Shown: in pieces, positions 1-13,201 of the stretch
Position numbering within the stretch: position 1 is the stretch's first letter
Layout: every line of letters starts with the position of its first letter
Origin: Macrostomum lignano
Taxonomy: Eukaryota
Direction of reading: 5' to 3'
Assembly (NCBI GenBank): GCA_002269645.1
Contig: NIVC01004787.1
Location: 1-35,023 of the forward strand
Length of the DNA stretch: 35,023 nt
The notes under the pieces: model-generated
Databases searched by the model: none
Told to the model about the DNA's origin: nothing
What the model saw: the letters and a program-made list of their open reading frames with translations, nothing else
Program-made: the position numbers and the translations under genes

Positions 1-774
1 CCCAAAGACACTGCACCCACCCCAAAGACACAGCACCCACCACCCAAAGACACAGCACCCACTCCAAAGACACTGCACCTACCTCAAAGACACTAGCACC
101 CACCCAAAGACACTGCACCCACTCCCAAAGACACTGCACCCACCTCAAAGACACTGCCACCCACCCAAGACACAGCCCAAAAGACACAGCACCCACCCTA
201 AAGACACTGCACCCACCCCAAAGACACTGCACCCACCCCAAAGACACAGCACCCACCCCAAAGACAGCACCCACCCAAAGACAGCACCCACCCAAAGACA
301 CAGCAACCACTCCAAAGACACAGCACCTACCCCAAAGACACAGCACCCACCCCAAAGACACAGCACCCACCCAAAGACACAGCACCTACCCCAAAGACAC
401 AGCACCCACCTCAAAGACACGGCACAAAGACACTGCACCCACCTCAAAGACACTGCACCCACCCCAAAGACACAGCACCCACCTCAAAGACACAGCACCC
501 ACCCAAAGACACTGCACCCACCCCAAAGACACAGCACCCACCCCAAAGACACTGCACCCACCTCAAAGACACTGCACCCACCCCAAAGACACAGCACCCA
601 CCTCAAAGACACAGCACCCACCCAAAGACACTGCACCCACCCCAAAGACACAGCACCCACCCCAAAGACACAGCACCACCCCAAAGACACAGCACCCACC
701 CCCAAAGACACTGCACCCACCCAAAGACACAGCACCCACCTCAAAGACACGGCACAAAGACACAGCACCCACCC
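1..774. repeat. Minisatellite, ~20-22 bp unit CCCAAAGACAC(A/T)GCACCCAC(C); truncated by the window start
   Basis: Direct inspection; minus strand is G-rich (GGGGTGGG). Confidence 0.95.
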
Positions 775-808
775 TGACTGCACCCACCTCATCTAACGCC
801 GACTTCAG

Positions 809-895
809 TGAGCACGCCGCCACCGCTGGATGCTTGCGGAGCAACTCCTCGCTTTAATCTGGACCCGGGCTGCGGCTCCAACTGCCACAATTTTG
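809..895 (+). CDS. MPDZ: Candidate MPDZ/PATJ linker exon (..STPPPLDACGATPRFNLDPGCGSNCHNF), phase 1-1
   Basis: GC-rich unique island between two arrays; acceptor cttcag|, strong donor g|gtgagt at 896. The phase-1 end fits the phase-1 start of the exon at 9511. No sequence homology recognised and the 5' boundary is uncertain. Confidence 0.4.
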
Positions 896-1104
896 GTGAG
901 TAATTGGGGTTTTGTTAGTAGTACATTTGTGCATGCACTTGTTTTGCTGGTTGCATTCGGAATAGATGAGATTTTACTGTCTCTGAGGATACAATACGAT
1001 AGATTTTTGGATTTTAGGTTGCGATTATTAGATAGTCGGGTGAGATTATCGAATACTGGGGCAAGATTTTTGGATAGTAGTGTGAGACTATTGGACAGTA
1101 CGCT

Positions 1105-2462
1105 ACTGTACATAGTGAGATAATCTATACTGTACATGGGGAGATACTCCGATACCGTACAAGCTGAGATAATCCGATAATGTACATGGGGAGATAATCC
1201 GATACTGTACAGACTGAGATAATCCGATACTGTACAGGCTGAGATAATCCGATACTGTACAGACTGAGATAATCCGATACTGTACAGACTGAGATAATCC
1301 GATACTGTACAGACTGAGATAATCCGATACTGTACAGACTGAGATAATCCGATACTGTACAGACTGAGATAATCCGATACTGTACATGGAGAGATAATCC
1401 AATACTGCACATGGAGAGATAATCCGATACTGTACAGACTGAGATAATCCGATACTGTACATGGAGAGATAATCCAATACTGCACATGGAGAGATAATCC
1501 AATACTGCACATGGAGAGATAATCCGATACTGTACAGACTGAGATAATCCGATACTGTACATGGAGAGATAATCCAATACTGCACATGGAGAGATAATCC
1601 GATACTGTACATGGAGAGATAATCCAATACTGCACATGGAGAGATAATCCAATACTGTACATGGAGAGATAATCCAATACTGCACATGGAGAGATAATCC
1701 GATACTGTACAGACTGAGATAATCCAATACTGTACATGGAGAGATAATCCAATACTGCACATGGAGAGATAATCCGATACTGTACAGACTGAGATAATCC
1801 AATACTGCACATGGAGAGATAATCCAATACTGCACATGGAGAGATAATCCGATACTGTACATGGAGAGATAATCCAATACTGCACATGGAGAGATAATCC
1901 AATACTGCACATGGAGAGATAATCCGATACTGTACAGACTGAGATAATCCGATACTGTACATGGAGAGATAATCCAATACTGCACATGGAGAGATAATCC
2001 GATACTGTACAGACTGAGATAATCCGATACTGTACATGGAGAGATAATCCAATACTGCACATGGAGAGATAATCCAATACTGCACATGGAGAGATAATCC
2101 GATACTGTACAGACTGAGATAATCCGATACTGTACATGGAGAGATAATCCAATACTGCACATGGAGAGATAATCCGATACTGTACATGGAGAGATAATCC
2201 AATACTGCACATGGAGAGATAATCCGATACTGTACAGACTGAGATAATCCAATACTGCACATGGAGAGATAATCCAATACTGCACATGGAGAGATAATCC
2301 GATACTGTACATGGAGAGATAATCCAATACTGCACATGGAGAGATAATCCAATACTGTACATGGAGAGATAATCCGATACTGTACATGGAGAGATAATCC
2401 AATACTGCACATGGAGAGATAATCCAATACTGCACATGGAGAGATAATCCGATACTGCACAA
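1105..2462. repeat. Minisatellite, 25 bp unit GAGATAATCC(G/A)ATACTG(T/C)ACA(GACT/TGGA), ~54 copies
   Basis: Direct inspection; explains three overlapping 450-550 aa minus-strand ORFs. Confidence 0.96.
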
Positions 2463-2544
2463 GGCAGTGCAGTCAATCGGAACAATCACAGACAGTCAAT
2501 GCTGATGCAATCCTGAAGAATTACTTCTGCAATAATATACGGGG

Positions 2545-2995
2545 TGTTAAGAGTTATTTGCTCAATTAACTGCTTGAGAGCCACCTTCGGCCACTCGGGT
2601 GTTTGGTCGCGCGAAAATCAGAACCTGCCCGGCTCCAGCTCAACCTTTCTCGGGTGGGTTGAGACGGGACTGAGAAAGAGGCTGGGGAAAAGGAAATGAG
2701 AAGTTTTCTTCCCAGCTATCTCAAGGATTGCTGAGGCCAGGGGATAAAAGTACCCCAAGGCGTTCCGCGCTATTTATACCTCTGGTGAGGTTTAGGGAGG
2801 CCGCCTATCGCACTTCCCCATTCTCCCATCTCCCCTCAGTCAAACTCTGCCCTAGCCACATCCCAACCTGAGTTTCCACCGATTTCCCACCGGGAATCGA
2901 TCTGCTAGCATATCTATATCTAGTACAGTACTGTCTCATTGCTGCGGTTTTAGTAGTAGCATAGTAGTACGAGACACCTGTGCCTGCCATAGACA
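2545..2995 (-). mobile_element. Possible solo-LTR-like or other transposon fragment
   Basis: 450-bp unique segment reading TGT..ACA on the minus strand with an internal TATAAATAG; no target-site duplication found. Confidence 0.22.
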
Positions 2996-3012
2996 TGCTC
3001 TAGCTTTATACA

Positions 3013-3491
3013 GAGTCTGTTTATCTCTACCTTAGGTCTGTTTATCTCTACTTCAAGTCTGTTTATCTCTGCCTCAAAAGTCTGTTTATCTCTACCTCAA
3101 GTCTGTTTATCTCTACCTCAAGTCTGTTTATCTCTACCTCAAGTCTGTTTATCTCTACCTCAAGTCTGTTTATCTCTACCTCAAGTCTGTTTATCTCTAC
3201 CTCAAATCTGTTTATCTCTACATCAAGCCTGTTTATCTCTGCCTCGAAAATCTGTTTATCTCTACCACCAAAGTCTGTTTATCTCTACCTCAATTCTGTT
3301 TATCTCTGCCTCAAAAGTCTGTTTATCTCTCCCTCAAAAGTCTGTTTATCTCTACCTCGAAAATCTGTTTATCTCTCCCTCAAAAGTCTGTTTATCTCTA
3401 CCTCGAAAATCTGTTTATCTCTCCCTCAAAAGTCTGTTTATCTCTACCTCAAAAGTCTGTTTATCTCTACCTCAAATCTGTTTATCTCTGC
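3013..3491. repeat. Minisatellite, 21-23 bp unit (AA)AAGTCTGTTTATCTCTACCTC
   Basis: Direct inspection. Confidence 0.95.
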
Positions 3492-3987
3492 ATAAATTCT
3501 CTTTCTTCCCTAATCCGTGTATCTCTATCCCGCATTCATCAACGCAACTGACTTAACTTAACTTTACCAAAGCAGAACAAAATGCGGTAAACTCTCTGAT
3601 TGAATATTCGCCAAGAACTTCGACAAGACTCTTCTTCTTTATTTGGCCACGGAAAACCCCAGCCACTGTGCACAGGTGATTAACCACAAGATCCATGCTT
3701 ATGGTCAAACAAGTAAAATCGTAAATCTTCGCAGTAATCTGTTTAATTCGCATTGCATTCCGAGCCTTGATGGAGATAAATTCCAGACCAGTAACAATTC
3801 ATTGCACAGTGACTTAAATTTATCTCGAATCCATGATTTATTGTCAGTAGAATAACCAGTAGCCATATATATTGGAGGGCGAAATTAGGGCTGCAGCTCT
3901 GTCTAGGTAATATAGATAGCGTATATGGCGTAATGTATAGTAGAGTATAGTAATATAGATAGTCATAATTTAGATAGTTCGGTAGAT

Positions 3988-4465
3988 AACTATCTCTCCA
4001 TCTCCTTCTCTCCATCTCCTTCTCTCCATCTCCTTCTCTCCCTCTCCTTCTCTCCTCTCCTTCTCTCCCTCTCCTTCTCTCCCTCTCCTTCTCTCCCTCT
4101 CCTTCTCTCCCTCTTCTTCTCTCCCTCTTCTTCTCTCCATCTCCTTCTCTCCCTCTTCTTCTCTCCATCTCCTTCTCTCCTCTCCTTCTCTCCCTCTCCT
4201 TCTCTCCCTCTCCTTCTCTCCCTCTTCTTCTCTCCATCTCCTTCTCTCCCTCTCCTTCTCTCCCTCTCCTTCTCTCCCTCTCCTTCTCTCCCTCTTCTTC
4301 TCTCCTCTCCTTCTCTCCCTCTCCACTTCTATCCCCTCTCCCCCCTCTCTTCCTCTCTCTCTCTCTCAATTTTCCTTCTATCTACCTCTCTCCTCTCCGT
4401 CTCATTTATCTCTCTTCCTCTTACTCCCCCTTTTTCCTTCTCCCCTCTCCTCTTCTCTTCCTCTC
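3988..4465. repeat. Polypyrimidine array, ~14 bp unit TCTCCTTCTCTCC(C/A)
   Basis: Direct inspection. Confidence 0.93.
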
Positions 4466-5180
4466 TCTAGTCTCACATCTGGCATCTAGTCTCACATCTG
4501 GCATCTAGTCTCACATCTGGCATCTAGTCTCACATCTGGCATCTAGTCTCACATCTGGCATCTAGTCTCACATCTGGCATCTAGTCTCACATCTGGCATC
4601 TAGTCTCACATCTGGCATCTAGTCTCACATATGGCATCTAGTCTCACATCTGGCATCTAGTCTCACATCTGGCATCTAGTCTCACATCTGGCATCTAGTC
4701 TCACATCTGGCATCTAGTCTCACATCTGGCATCTAGTCTCACATCTGGCATCTAGTCTCACATCTAGCATCTAGTTTCACATTGGGAATCTATTCTCACA
4801 TCTGGCATCTAGTCTCACATCAGGCATCTAGTTTTACATTTGACATCTAGTCTCACATTTGACATCTAGTCTCAAATCTGGCATCTAGTCTCAAATCTGG
4901 CATCTAGTCTCCCATTGGGAATCTAGTCTCAAATCTGGCATCTAGTCTCAAATCTGGCATCTAGTCTCAAATCTGGCATCTAGTCTCAAATCTGGCATCT
5001 AGTCTCAAATCTGGCATCTAGTCTCAAATCTGGCATCTAGTCTCAAATCTGGCATCTAGTCTCAAATCTGGCATCTAGTCTCAAATCTGGCATCTAGTCT
5101 CAAATCTGGCATCTAGTCTCACATCTGGCATCTAGTCTCAAATCTGGCATCTAGTCTCACATCTAGCATCTAGTCTCACA
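4466..5180. repeat. Minisatellite, 19 bp unit TAGTCTCA(C/A)ATCTGGCATC, ~37 copies
   Basis: Direct inspection; C variant in the 5' half, A variant in the 3' half. Confidence 0.96.
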
Positions 5181-5867
5181 GCTGTTCTGTTCCACACTAA
5201 ACTTGCATGATCTATCTCTTATTTTGCACAGACAAGGTTTTTTGCAGGCTTTCAATTCGATACACATCGAATGTGTAACCAAAATCACGGCGAACACCCC
5301 TGTCCACCCCGCTCTCCTGACTCTCAGCATGCAAAGAACTATAGAAAGATTTTCTTCCTGCTAAAATAATTTCGAATTTCTCTGGTTTCGAATAGCTGCA
5401 TGTACACACTTTCTACGTATTTTTTCTCTCGGCGGTGAGAAAAAGAGAGAGAGAGAGCATGTGAATTCGCACATGCGCTGCGCAGTGTGACATGATTTCC
5501 ATGCTGTCCTTTTCTGTACCCCTCTCGCCCCCCTCTCTCTCAGGCATGTACATTCGAGGCCCCTCAGCAACTGCGGTTTAATCTAACGAAAAAAATGCAG
5601 AGTCAGAGAGACAGACACAAACTGACTTCATTAGTGCCGACATGCGGTTGGTTTGGGCCCCGTTTGTCAGGACGACTTTATTGTTACCAAATTAGTAAAT
5701 TTATTTTAACGAGCTGAATAGAGAATGAAGCGTCATAAATCACTCGGCAACCTGCGTCGTTCGCTGTCTACCTTGTACTTGAGAATCTCGGGAACAAATA
5801 ATAGTCTGGTCTTCGACAGAGACTTCTGCAAGAAGTATTTCAGTAAGTCTTTGTACTGATCCTGGGA

Positions 5868-6287
5868 GGTAAAGAGAGATTTACTGAGGTAAGCAGAGAT
5901 GTAGGGACGTAAGGAGGGATAAAGAGAGTTAGGTAGAGATATAGGGAGGTAAGCAGAGATGTAGAGAGGTAAGCAGAGATGTAGGAAGGTAAGGAGAGAT
6001 GTAGAGAGGCAAGGAGAGATGTAGAGATAAGGAGAGATGTAACGGAGTTCAGGAGAGACGCAGAGAGGTAGGTATAGATGTAGGGAGGTAGGTATAGTTG
6101 TAGGGAGGTAGGTATAGATGTAGGGAGGTAGGTATAGATGTAGGGAGGTAGGTATAGATGTAGGGAGGTAGGGAGAGATGTAGGGAGGTAGGGAGAGATG
6201 TAGGGAGGTAGGGAGAGATTTAGGGAGGTAGGGAGAGATGTAGGGAGGTAGGGAGAGATTTAGGGAGGTAGGGAGAGATTTAGGGAA
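5868..6287. repeat. Purine-rich minisatellite, 20 bp unit GTAGGGAGGTAGG(G/T)A(G/T)AGAT
   Basis: Direct inspection; more degenerate at the 5' end. Confidence 0.93.
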
Positions 6288-6879
6288 ACTACAGATGAGG
6301 AACAACAGCTAGGTGATGTAAAATCATTGGTGTTGGTGTTGATGTAAAATTTGTAAAGTTATGAAGACGCAAAAAATCAAATGAACAGAAGATTGCATAA
6401 AATTAGCTTTCATAAATTTCCAGCTTTTCCAGCTAGTTTATCAGCTGTCCTAAAAAATAGAAAATCGAGTCTTGACTCGAATTTATTTTACGACCTCCTC
6501 GAACAACTACCCGCGCACGCTGCTCTTCTACAGAGCCCGAAAAAGTGCATCGCTTTATTGAATTTCTTCAAATAATACCAGGATACGGGATACCCATTGT
6601 AAGGCGTTGGATGATTGATGAGTTGTCAAGCGAGGAGGAGAGAGAGGTTGAGACAGAGGCATGAGTAGCTTCATGGAGCTTTCAATTACTCGACAGCCGC
6701 TCAGCCACCCCTCAGTACAAGCGGGCCACGCGATTCTTCAGGCATGAAGGCTGAATGGCTGAATGGGGGCAGGCGGCTGCCTCGGGCGGAAAGGAGTTGG
6801 GGGAGACGGGAAGGAAGCGAGGAGAGGCGGGAGTGGCGTAAGCAGATGGCTGACTGCAGGCGGTGGGGACTGAGATGCA

Positions 6880-7549
6880 GAGGGTGAGAGGGTGAGAGGG
6901 TGAGAGGGTGAGAGGGATGAGAGGGTGAGATGGTGAGAGGGTGAGAGTTTTAGAGTGTGAGAGTGTTAAAGGGTGAGAGTTTTAGAGGGTGAGAGTGTTA
7001 AAGGGTGAGAGGGTGAGAGTGTGAGAGTTTGAGAGGGTGAGAGTGTTAAAGGGTGAGAGGGTGAGAGTGTGAGAGTTTGAGAGGGTGAGAGTGTTAAAGG
7101 GTGGGAGGGTGAGAGGGTGAGAGTGTTAGAGGGTGAGAGGGTGAGAGAGGTGAGAGGGTGAGATAGTGAGTGTGAGAGAGTGAGAGGGTGAGAGGGTGAG
7201 TGTGAGAGGGTGAGAGGGTGAGTGAGAGAGTGTGAGAGGGTGAGAGAGGTGAGAGAGTGAGAGAGTGAGAGAGAGTGAGATGGTGAGTGTGAGAGGGTGA
7301 GAGGGTAATATGGTGAGTGTGAGAGTGTGAGAGGGTGAGAGAGGTGAGAGAGTGAGAGAGTGAGAGAGAGTGAGATGGTGAGTGTGAGAGGGTGAGAGGG
7401 TAATATGGTGAGTGTGAGAGTGTGAGAGGGTGAGAGAGGTGAGAGAGTGAGAGAGGTGAGAGGGTGAGATGGTGAGTGTGAGAGGGTGAGAGAGGTGAGA
7501 GAGTGAGAGAGGTGAGAGGGTGAGATGGTGAGTGTGAGAGGGTGAGAGA
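6880..7549. repeat. Purine-rich array based on GAGAGGGT (8 bp) with larger internal block duplications
   Basis: Direct inspection. Confidence 0.93.
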
Positions 7550-8034
7550 ACAGAGAACCCACCAGTCAGCAAGCTAAAAGTGACGACTTAAGCGAAACGG
7601 ATTAAACAGGTTTGCACAGATCAATAGGCGCAGTTGAAACTGCGCAATAGCATTAGGAAGCCAGTAGTCGGACTAAGAAAATTAGTCTGAGCCATTGTCT
7701 GCCTTGAAGATAAGATAGCGCCTATCATAGTTGCACTGGCTCATTAGTGAGACTATTAATACGTAAGTGAGCAGCATATTCTTCGCACTTGAAGTGCAAA
7801 TGCTAACTATTATAACTGACTAGGGCACAGGGTTTACATAGTGTTAATCAGTTTAGATTGAGAGTTAGCGATCCACTCTGCACATTATAACTGGCAAGCT
7901 TTCGGAAGTTTCACGTTGGCTTTTAGAGGCAGACTTGAGGTTGGGGCGGGTAGAAAACCAATGGCTGTGAGTGCAACTCACTTTTGTGCTGCTGCTGACT
8001 AGCGATCCTCTCTGCTGTATGCTGTCTGCCACAT

Positions 8035-8965
8035 GTATCTCTCACTATCTCCCTCTCATTCTCTCTCTCCCATCTCACCCTCTCTCCTATCTCACCTCTC
8101 TAATCTCACTCTCTCTCCCATCTCACCCTCTCTCCTATCTCACCTCTCTAATCTCACTCTCTCCCATCTCACTCTCTCTCATCTCTCTCTCCCATCTCAA
8201 CCTCTCTCTCCTCTCATCCTCTTTCCCTTCTCAAAATATGTCTCATCTCTCACTGTCTCCCTCTCTGTCCTTTCTCTCCCTTTCTCCCATCCTACTCTCT
8301 CTCCCATCTCTCTGTTCATCTCCCATCTCTCTCTCCATCTCCCATCTCTCTCTCCATCTCCCATCTCTCTCTCATCTCTGCTTCTCTCTCCCATCTCTCT
8401 CTTCATCTCCCATCTCTCTCTTCATCTCCCATCTCTCTCTCCATCTCCCATCTCTCTCTCCATCTCCCATCTCTCTCTCCATCTCCCATCTCTCTCTCCA
8501 TCTCCCATCTCTCTCTCCATCTTCCATCTCTCTCTCCATCTTCCATCTCTCTCTCCATCTTCCATCTCTCTCTCCATCTTCCATCTCTCTCTCCATCTTC
8601 CATCTCTCTCTCCATCTTCCATCTCTCTCTCCATCTTCCATCTCTCTCTCCATCTTCCATCTCCCTCTCCCATCTCAACCTCTCTGAACTCTCACTCTCT
8701 CTCCGATCTCTCTCTCCCCTGTCACCCTCTCCCTTATTAACCTCTTTCTCATCTCTCATTGTCTACCTCTCTCTCCTTTCTCTCCCTCTCTCTCGCCTCT
8801 CACCCTCTCTCCAGTCTATCCCTTTCTTCAATCTCAACTTCTCCCTCATCCTTCCCTAGTCTCCCTCTCTCCGTCTTTCTTTCCCATCTCTCACTCTCTC
8901 CTTTTATCGCGACCCTTTCTCCCTCTATTTCCCTCTGCTTTTTTCTCCCATCTCTTCTATCCTTC
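8035..8965. repeat. CT-rich array (CATCT(C/T)CCATCTCTCTCTC, ~19 bp core) with degenerate flanks
   Basis: Direct inspection. Confidence 0.92.
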
Positions 8966-9234
8966 TCTACCGAATAGCCCCTATGCCATTGTCCAAAGGT
9001 CCGCAGCAGAATTTTTTTCGAAAATCGATGAAGATAAACAGAGCAGACTGCCTGATCAAACTCAATTATAGGATTGACCCAGGAAAGCCCAACTGCCTCA
9101 TTCGCAAATTTTCGGAATCTGAGAGGGGAAAAACCCTGCGGATGTGCAGAAGAGAGTCATTGTGATTTTCCATTTAGGAGCCATGCCAAGACTCCAACTA
9201 AAACTAGGCAATAGAGAATGTATTCACCGAGTAC

Positions 9235-9452
9235 CGAGTCATCGGGTACCGACCATCAATAAGATACAGTCAGAAAGTCATCGGGTGTGCTCATCAATCC
9301 AGTCATAAAGTCATCGGATATGCTCATCAATCCAGTCATAGAGTCATCGGGTATGCTCATCAATCCAGTCATAGAGACATCGGATATGCTCATCAATCCA
9401 GTCATAGAGTCATCGGATATGCTCATCAATTCAGTCATAAAGTCATCGGGTA
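9235..9452. repeat. 33 bp tandem repeat GTCATCGGATATGCTCATCAATCCAGTCATAGA, ~5-6 copies
   Basis: Direct inspection; gives an 11-aa periodicity in the ORF track. Confidence 0.92.
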
Positions 9453-9510
9453 TGCCAGGCCTAAGCTATCACGCCTACCTGATATCCAAATCGATACCCA
9501 CAACAACCAG

Positions 9511-9770
9511 AGGGTCCGCTATCTGCTGAAGTCGCCGAGTCCATCGCGCACCGCTGGTCGAGTCTTCTCAACGACAGCTCGCTAACGGTGGTAACGGTGC
9601 AGCTGGCCAAGTTCAAGCACCATCCCGGCCTCGGCATCAGCCTGGAAGGCACGGTGGACGTGCTGGAGACCGGAGCGGAGGTCCGGCCGCATCACTACAT
9701 CCGGGCCATCCAGCCCGACGGCCCTGTGGCGGCTGACGGAACCTTGAGGCCGCATGACGAGCTGCTGGAG
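9511..9770 (+). CDS. MPDZ: MPDZ/PATJ exon: N-terminal part of a PDZ domain equivalent to human MPDZ PDZ4
   Basis: Translates to GPLSAEVAESIAHRWSSLLNDSSLTVVTVQLAKFKHHPGLGISLEGTVDVLETGAEVRPHHYIRAIQPDGPVAADGTLRPHDELLE. This parallels MPDZ PDZ4 as I recall it (..VSKFSENSGLGISLE..HHFIRSVLPEGPV..GDELLE). Acceptor aaccag|, donor gag|gtgaga (phase 0). Confidence 0.9.
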
Positions 9771-9821
9771 GTGAGAAACTATGGGGGGATAAGCAGTTCT
9801 TCTCTTGAAGTAACAGCCCTC

Positions 9822-10931
9822 TTCTTCTCAGCCTCTGTCACTATCTCCCTCTCAGCCTCTGTCACTGTCTCCCTCTCAGCCTCTGTCAGTATCTCCCTCT
9901 AACCCTCTGTCACTATCTCCCTCTAACCCTCTGTCACTAGTCTCCCTCTAACCCTCTGTCACTATCTCCCTCTAACCCTCTGTCACTATCTCCCTCTCAG
10001 CCTCTGTCACTAGTCTCCCTCTAACCCTCTGTCACTATCTCCCTCTAACCCTCTGTCACTATCTCCCTCTCAGCCTCTGTCACTATCTCCCTCTCAGCCT
10101 CTGTCACTATCTCCCTCTCAGCCTCTGTCACTATCTCCCTCTCAGCCTCTGTCACTATCTCCCTCTCAGCCTCTGTCACTATCTCCCTCTCAGCCTTCTG
10201 TCACTATCTCCCTCTCAGCCTCTGTCACTATCTCCCTCTCAGCCTCTGTCACTATCTCCCTCTAACCCTCTGTCACTATCTCCCTCTAACCCTCTGTCAC
10301 TATCTCCCTCTAACCCTCTGTCACTATCTCCCTCTAACCCTCTGTCACTATCTCCCTCTAACCCTCTGTCACTATCTCCCTCTAACCCTCTGTCACTATC
10401 TCCCTCTCAGCCTCTCTCACTATCTCCCTCTCAGCCTCTCTCACTATCTCCCTCTCAGCCTCTCTCACTATCTCCCTCTAACCCTCTGTCACTATCTCCC
10501 TCTCAGCCTCTCTCCCTATCTCCCTCTCAGCCTCTCTCACTATCTCCCTCTAACCCTCTGTCACTATCTCCCTCTCAGCCTCTCTCACTATCTCCCTCTC
10601 AACCTCTCTCACTATCTCCCTCTCAACCTCTCTCACTATCTCCCTCTCAACCTCTCTCACTATCTCCCTCTCAGCCTCTCTCACTATCTTCCTCTCAACC
10701 TCTCTCACTATCTCCCTCTCACCCTCTTTCACTATCTCCCTCTCACCCTCTTTCACTATCTCCCTCTCACCCTCTTTCACTATCTCCCTCTCAGCCTCTC
10801 TCACTATCTCCCTCTCACCCTCTTTCACTATCTCCCTCTCACCCTCTTTCACTATCTCCCTCTCACCCTCTTTCACTATCCCCCTCTCACCCTCTTTCAC
10901 TATCTCCCTCTCACCATCTTTCACTATCTCC
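9822..10931. repeat. Minisatellite, 24 bp unit CACTATCTCCCTCT(CAG/AAC/CAC)CCTCT(G/C/T)T, ~46 copies
   Basis: Direct inspection; variants occur in blocks. Confidence 0.95.
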
Positions 10932-11589
10932 TACTCAATCTCTTTTTTCATCTATGTTTCGATGATAGAAAAGTCAACGAACTGAACTGATACCAGACCT
11001 GGAATATAGCATCGAGCACTGAGCTTCATCCATGTTCTAGATCGCATCAGACGAGAACCATGAGAACTATCCCCTGTGGGAGAACGGAAACTTAGTTCCC
11101 AACATTTGTCAGCTGTTGGCTAATAGAATTTTCTTTTCCCCTTTCGTTCGATTATTTTTCGTACGTTCGGCCTTTTTTTCCTCTTCCAATGCTCGAACTT
11201 TGCGTGTGTCTCGAGTCTGCAACCAGAGCAATCAGAGCAACACACTGCCGTGCCCTCAGCCCCTCAGTCCATGCAGCTCTAGACTGCTGTTCCACCCGTA
11301 TCGGGTGTCTGACACCGGCAATTGAAATCTTTAACATTAAAAGAGAAAATAATTGAAAACTGTTGAAAAAATAACAATTCAAAACAGTATTACAAACTTT
11401 AAAGATTCACTCGCATAAATAGGGCTAGTATTTGTGTTCGCTTAGGCTTGATTGGCATCTTTAATTTAGTTTCAGAGAGACTTATTGGTTGGTACACTTT
11501 TTTCTAAACGGATCTTTCTCCACCGAGTTTCGTCTATGGTAAAAACCCACTTCACAGTCTACGCAAATAAGCTATACATGTACCTTTAC

Positions 11590-12052
<463 letters not shown>

Positions 12053-13201
12053 AGAATTGCCTAGATGAAAGGCGAGATATTCTGAATTTGAACATGGTGT
12101 TCTTAAAGACCTAAAATTCGGCATAGTCGGAAAACCTGTCTATGGTAAAATTTGCACGAACAGACAGCAGACGAGCAGCGTACGTTTTCTACATGTAATA
12201 AATTTGTCCATAAAGAGGCGAATATGCAGTACATATAGCTTGTAGTAGGAAGATAGCAACGATATTTGGAGCTTGTCAAATTTTGAACTCGATAATCGCA
12301 AGATTCTCCATATAAGTCAATTAAAATTTTGATCATTTTTGTTCGGGATTAACTACAAAACAGGGCTTGATTGTTTATCTTTCAAAATCGAGGTGAAGTC
12401 TCGATTCCTAGAAATTAAAAAAATAAAAACCCACCTATCCGGAAGCGATCCTTGAAATCTCCAGGGTCTGAAACAAGCTAATTTGGTCAAATTTCTCCAA
12501 ATCCATTTTAATCCTTTTTGTTTTGATTTGCTGATCCCATTTGATTAGCGCAGCTCACGCTTTCCACGAAAATAATCTTTTCAAAAAATTTAACGAATTT
12601 TTTTTCAAAACGTGTTTTTCTTAATTGAACAATCCTTAGTTGAATCATTTGAAATGTGAATTTAAAATTTTTTAAATGGTATTTACTATTGAGAATATTT
12701 ATTTATTTAATTCAGTCACTAAGTAGAGCCAAACGTCAAACAGTTTATTCAGTAAAGGGAACTAAAACATGATTTTCAGCAGAGTTGAGAGCACCTTTTC
12801 TACTACTACTGCTTAAGTAGGCATCACAACTTGAAAATATCGGAATTGCATGAAAATCAAGAAAACAGATTATTTTTAAGTAGGTACTTTTAAAAGGAAA
12901 ATTCACGATATTTACTCCTGCAATTATCTTAGCAAATACCGCAGTCTCCGATCTCAAACACAACCTCAAATTACCACATACCAAAACTGGACAAAACCAA
13001 TACCAAAAGAAGCAAATGACGTACGGATCAAGAAATCAGAGAGGGATAGAAATCAATTTCTGTTGATTAATTGACAAGTTTAGTAGAGAAAGATTACTGC
13101 CTTTTAAAACTACTGGTAGGACTCTGAAACTGGAAGACGTTCATGTATGATTATTATAATCTGCAGCTTTAGCGCAGCTTACTGCTTGTTTGACGGTTAA
13201 A

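Noticed and set aside
805-2489. Three 450-550 aa minus-strand ORFs as a repetitive structural protein
   Set aside because: A 25-bp unit with no minus-strand stop opens all three frames; these are repeat artefacts.
5457-5476. Near-perfect 20-bp palindrome GCATGTGAATTCGCACATGC
   Set aside because: Isolated; no matching terminus or context to define an element or structured RNA.
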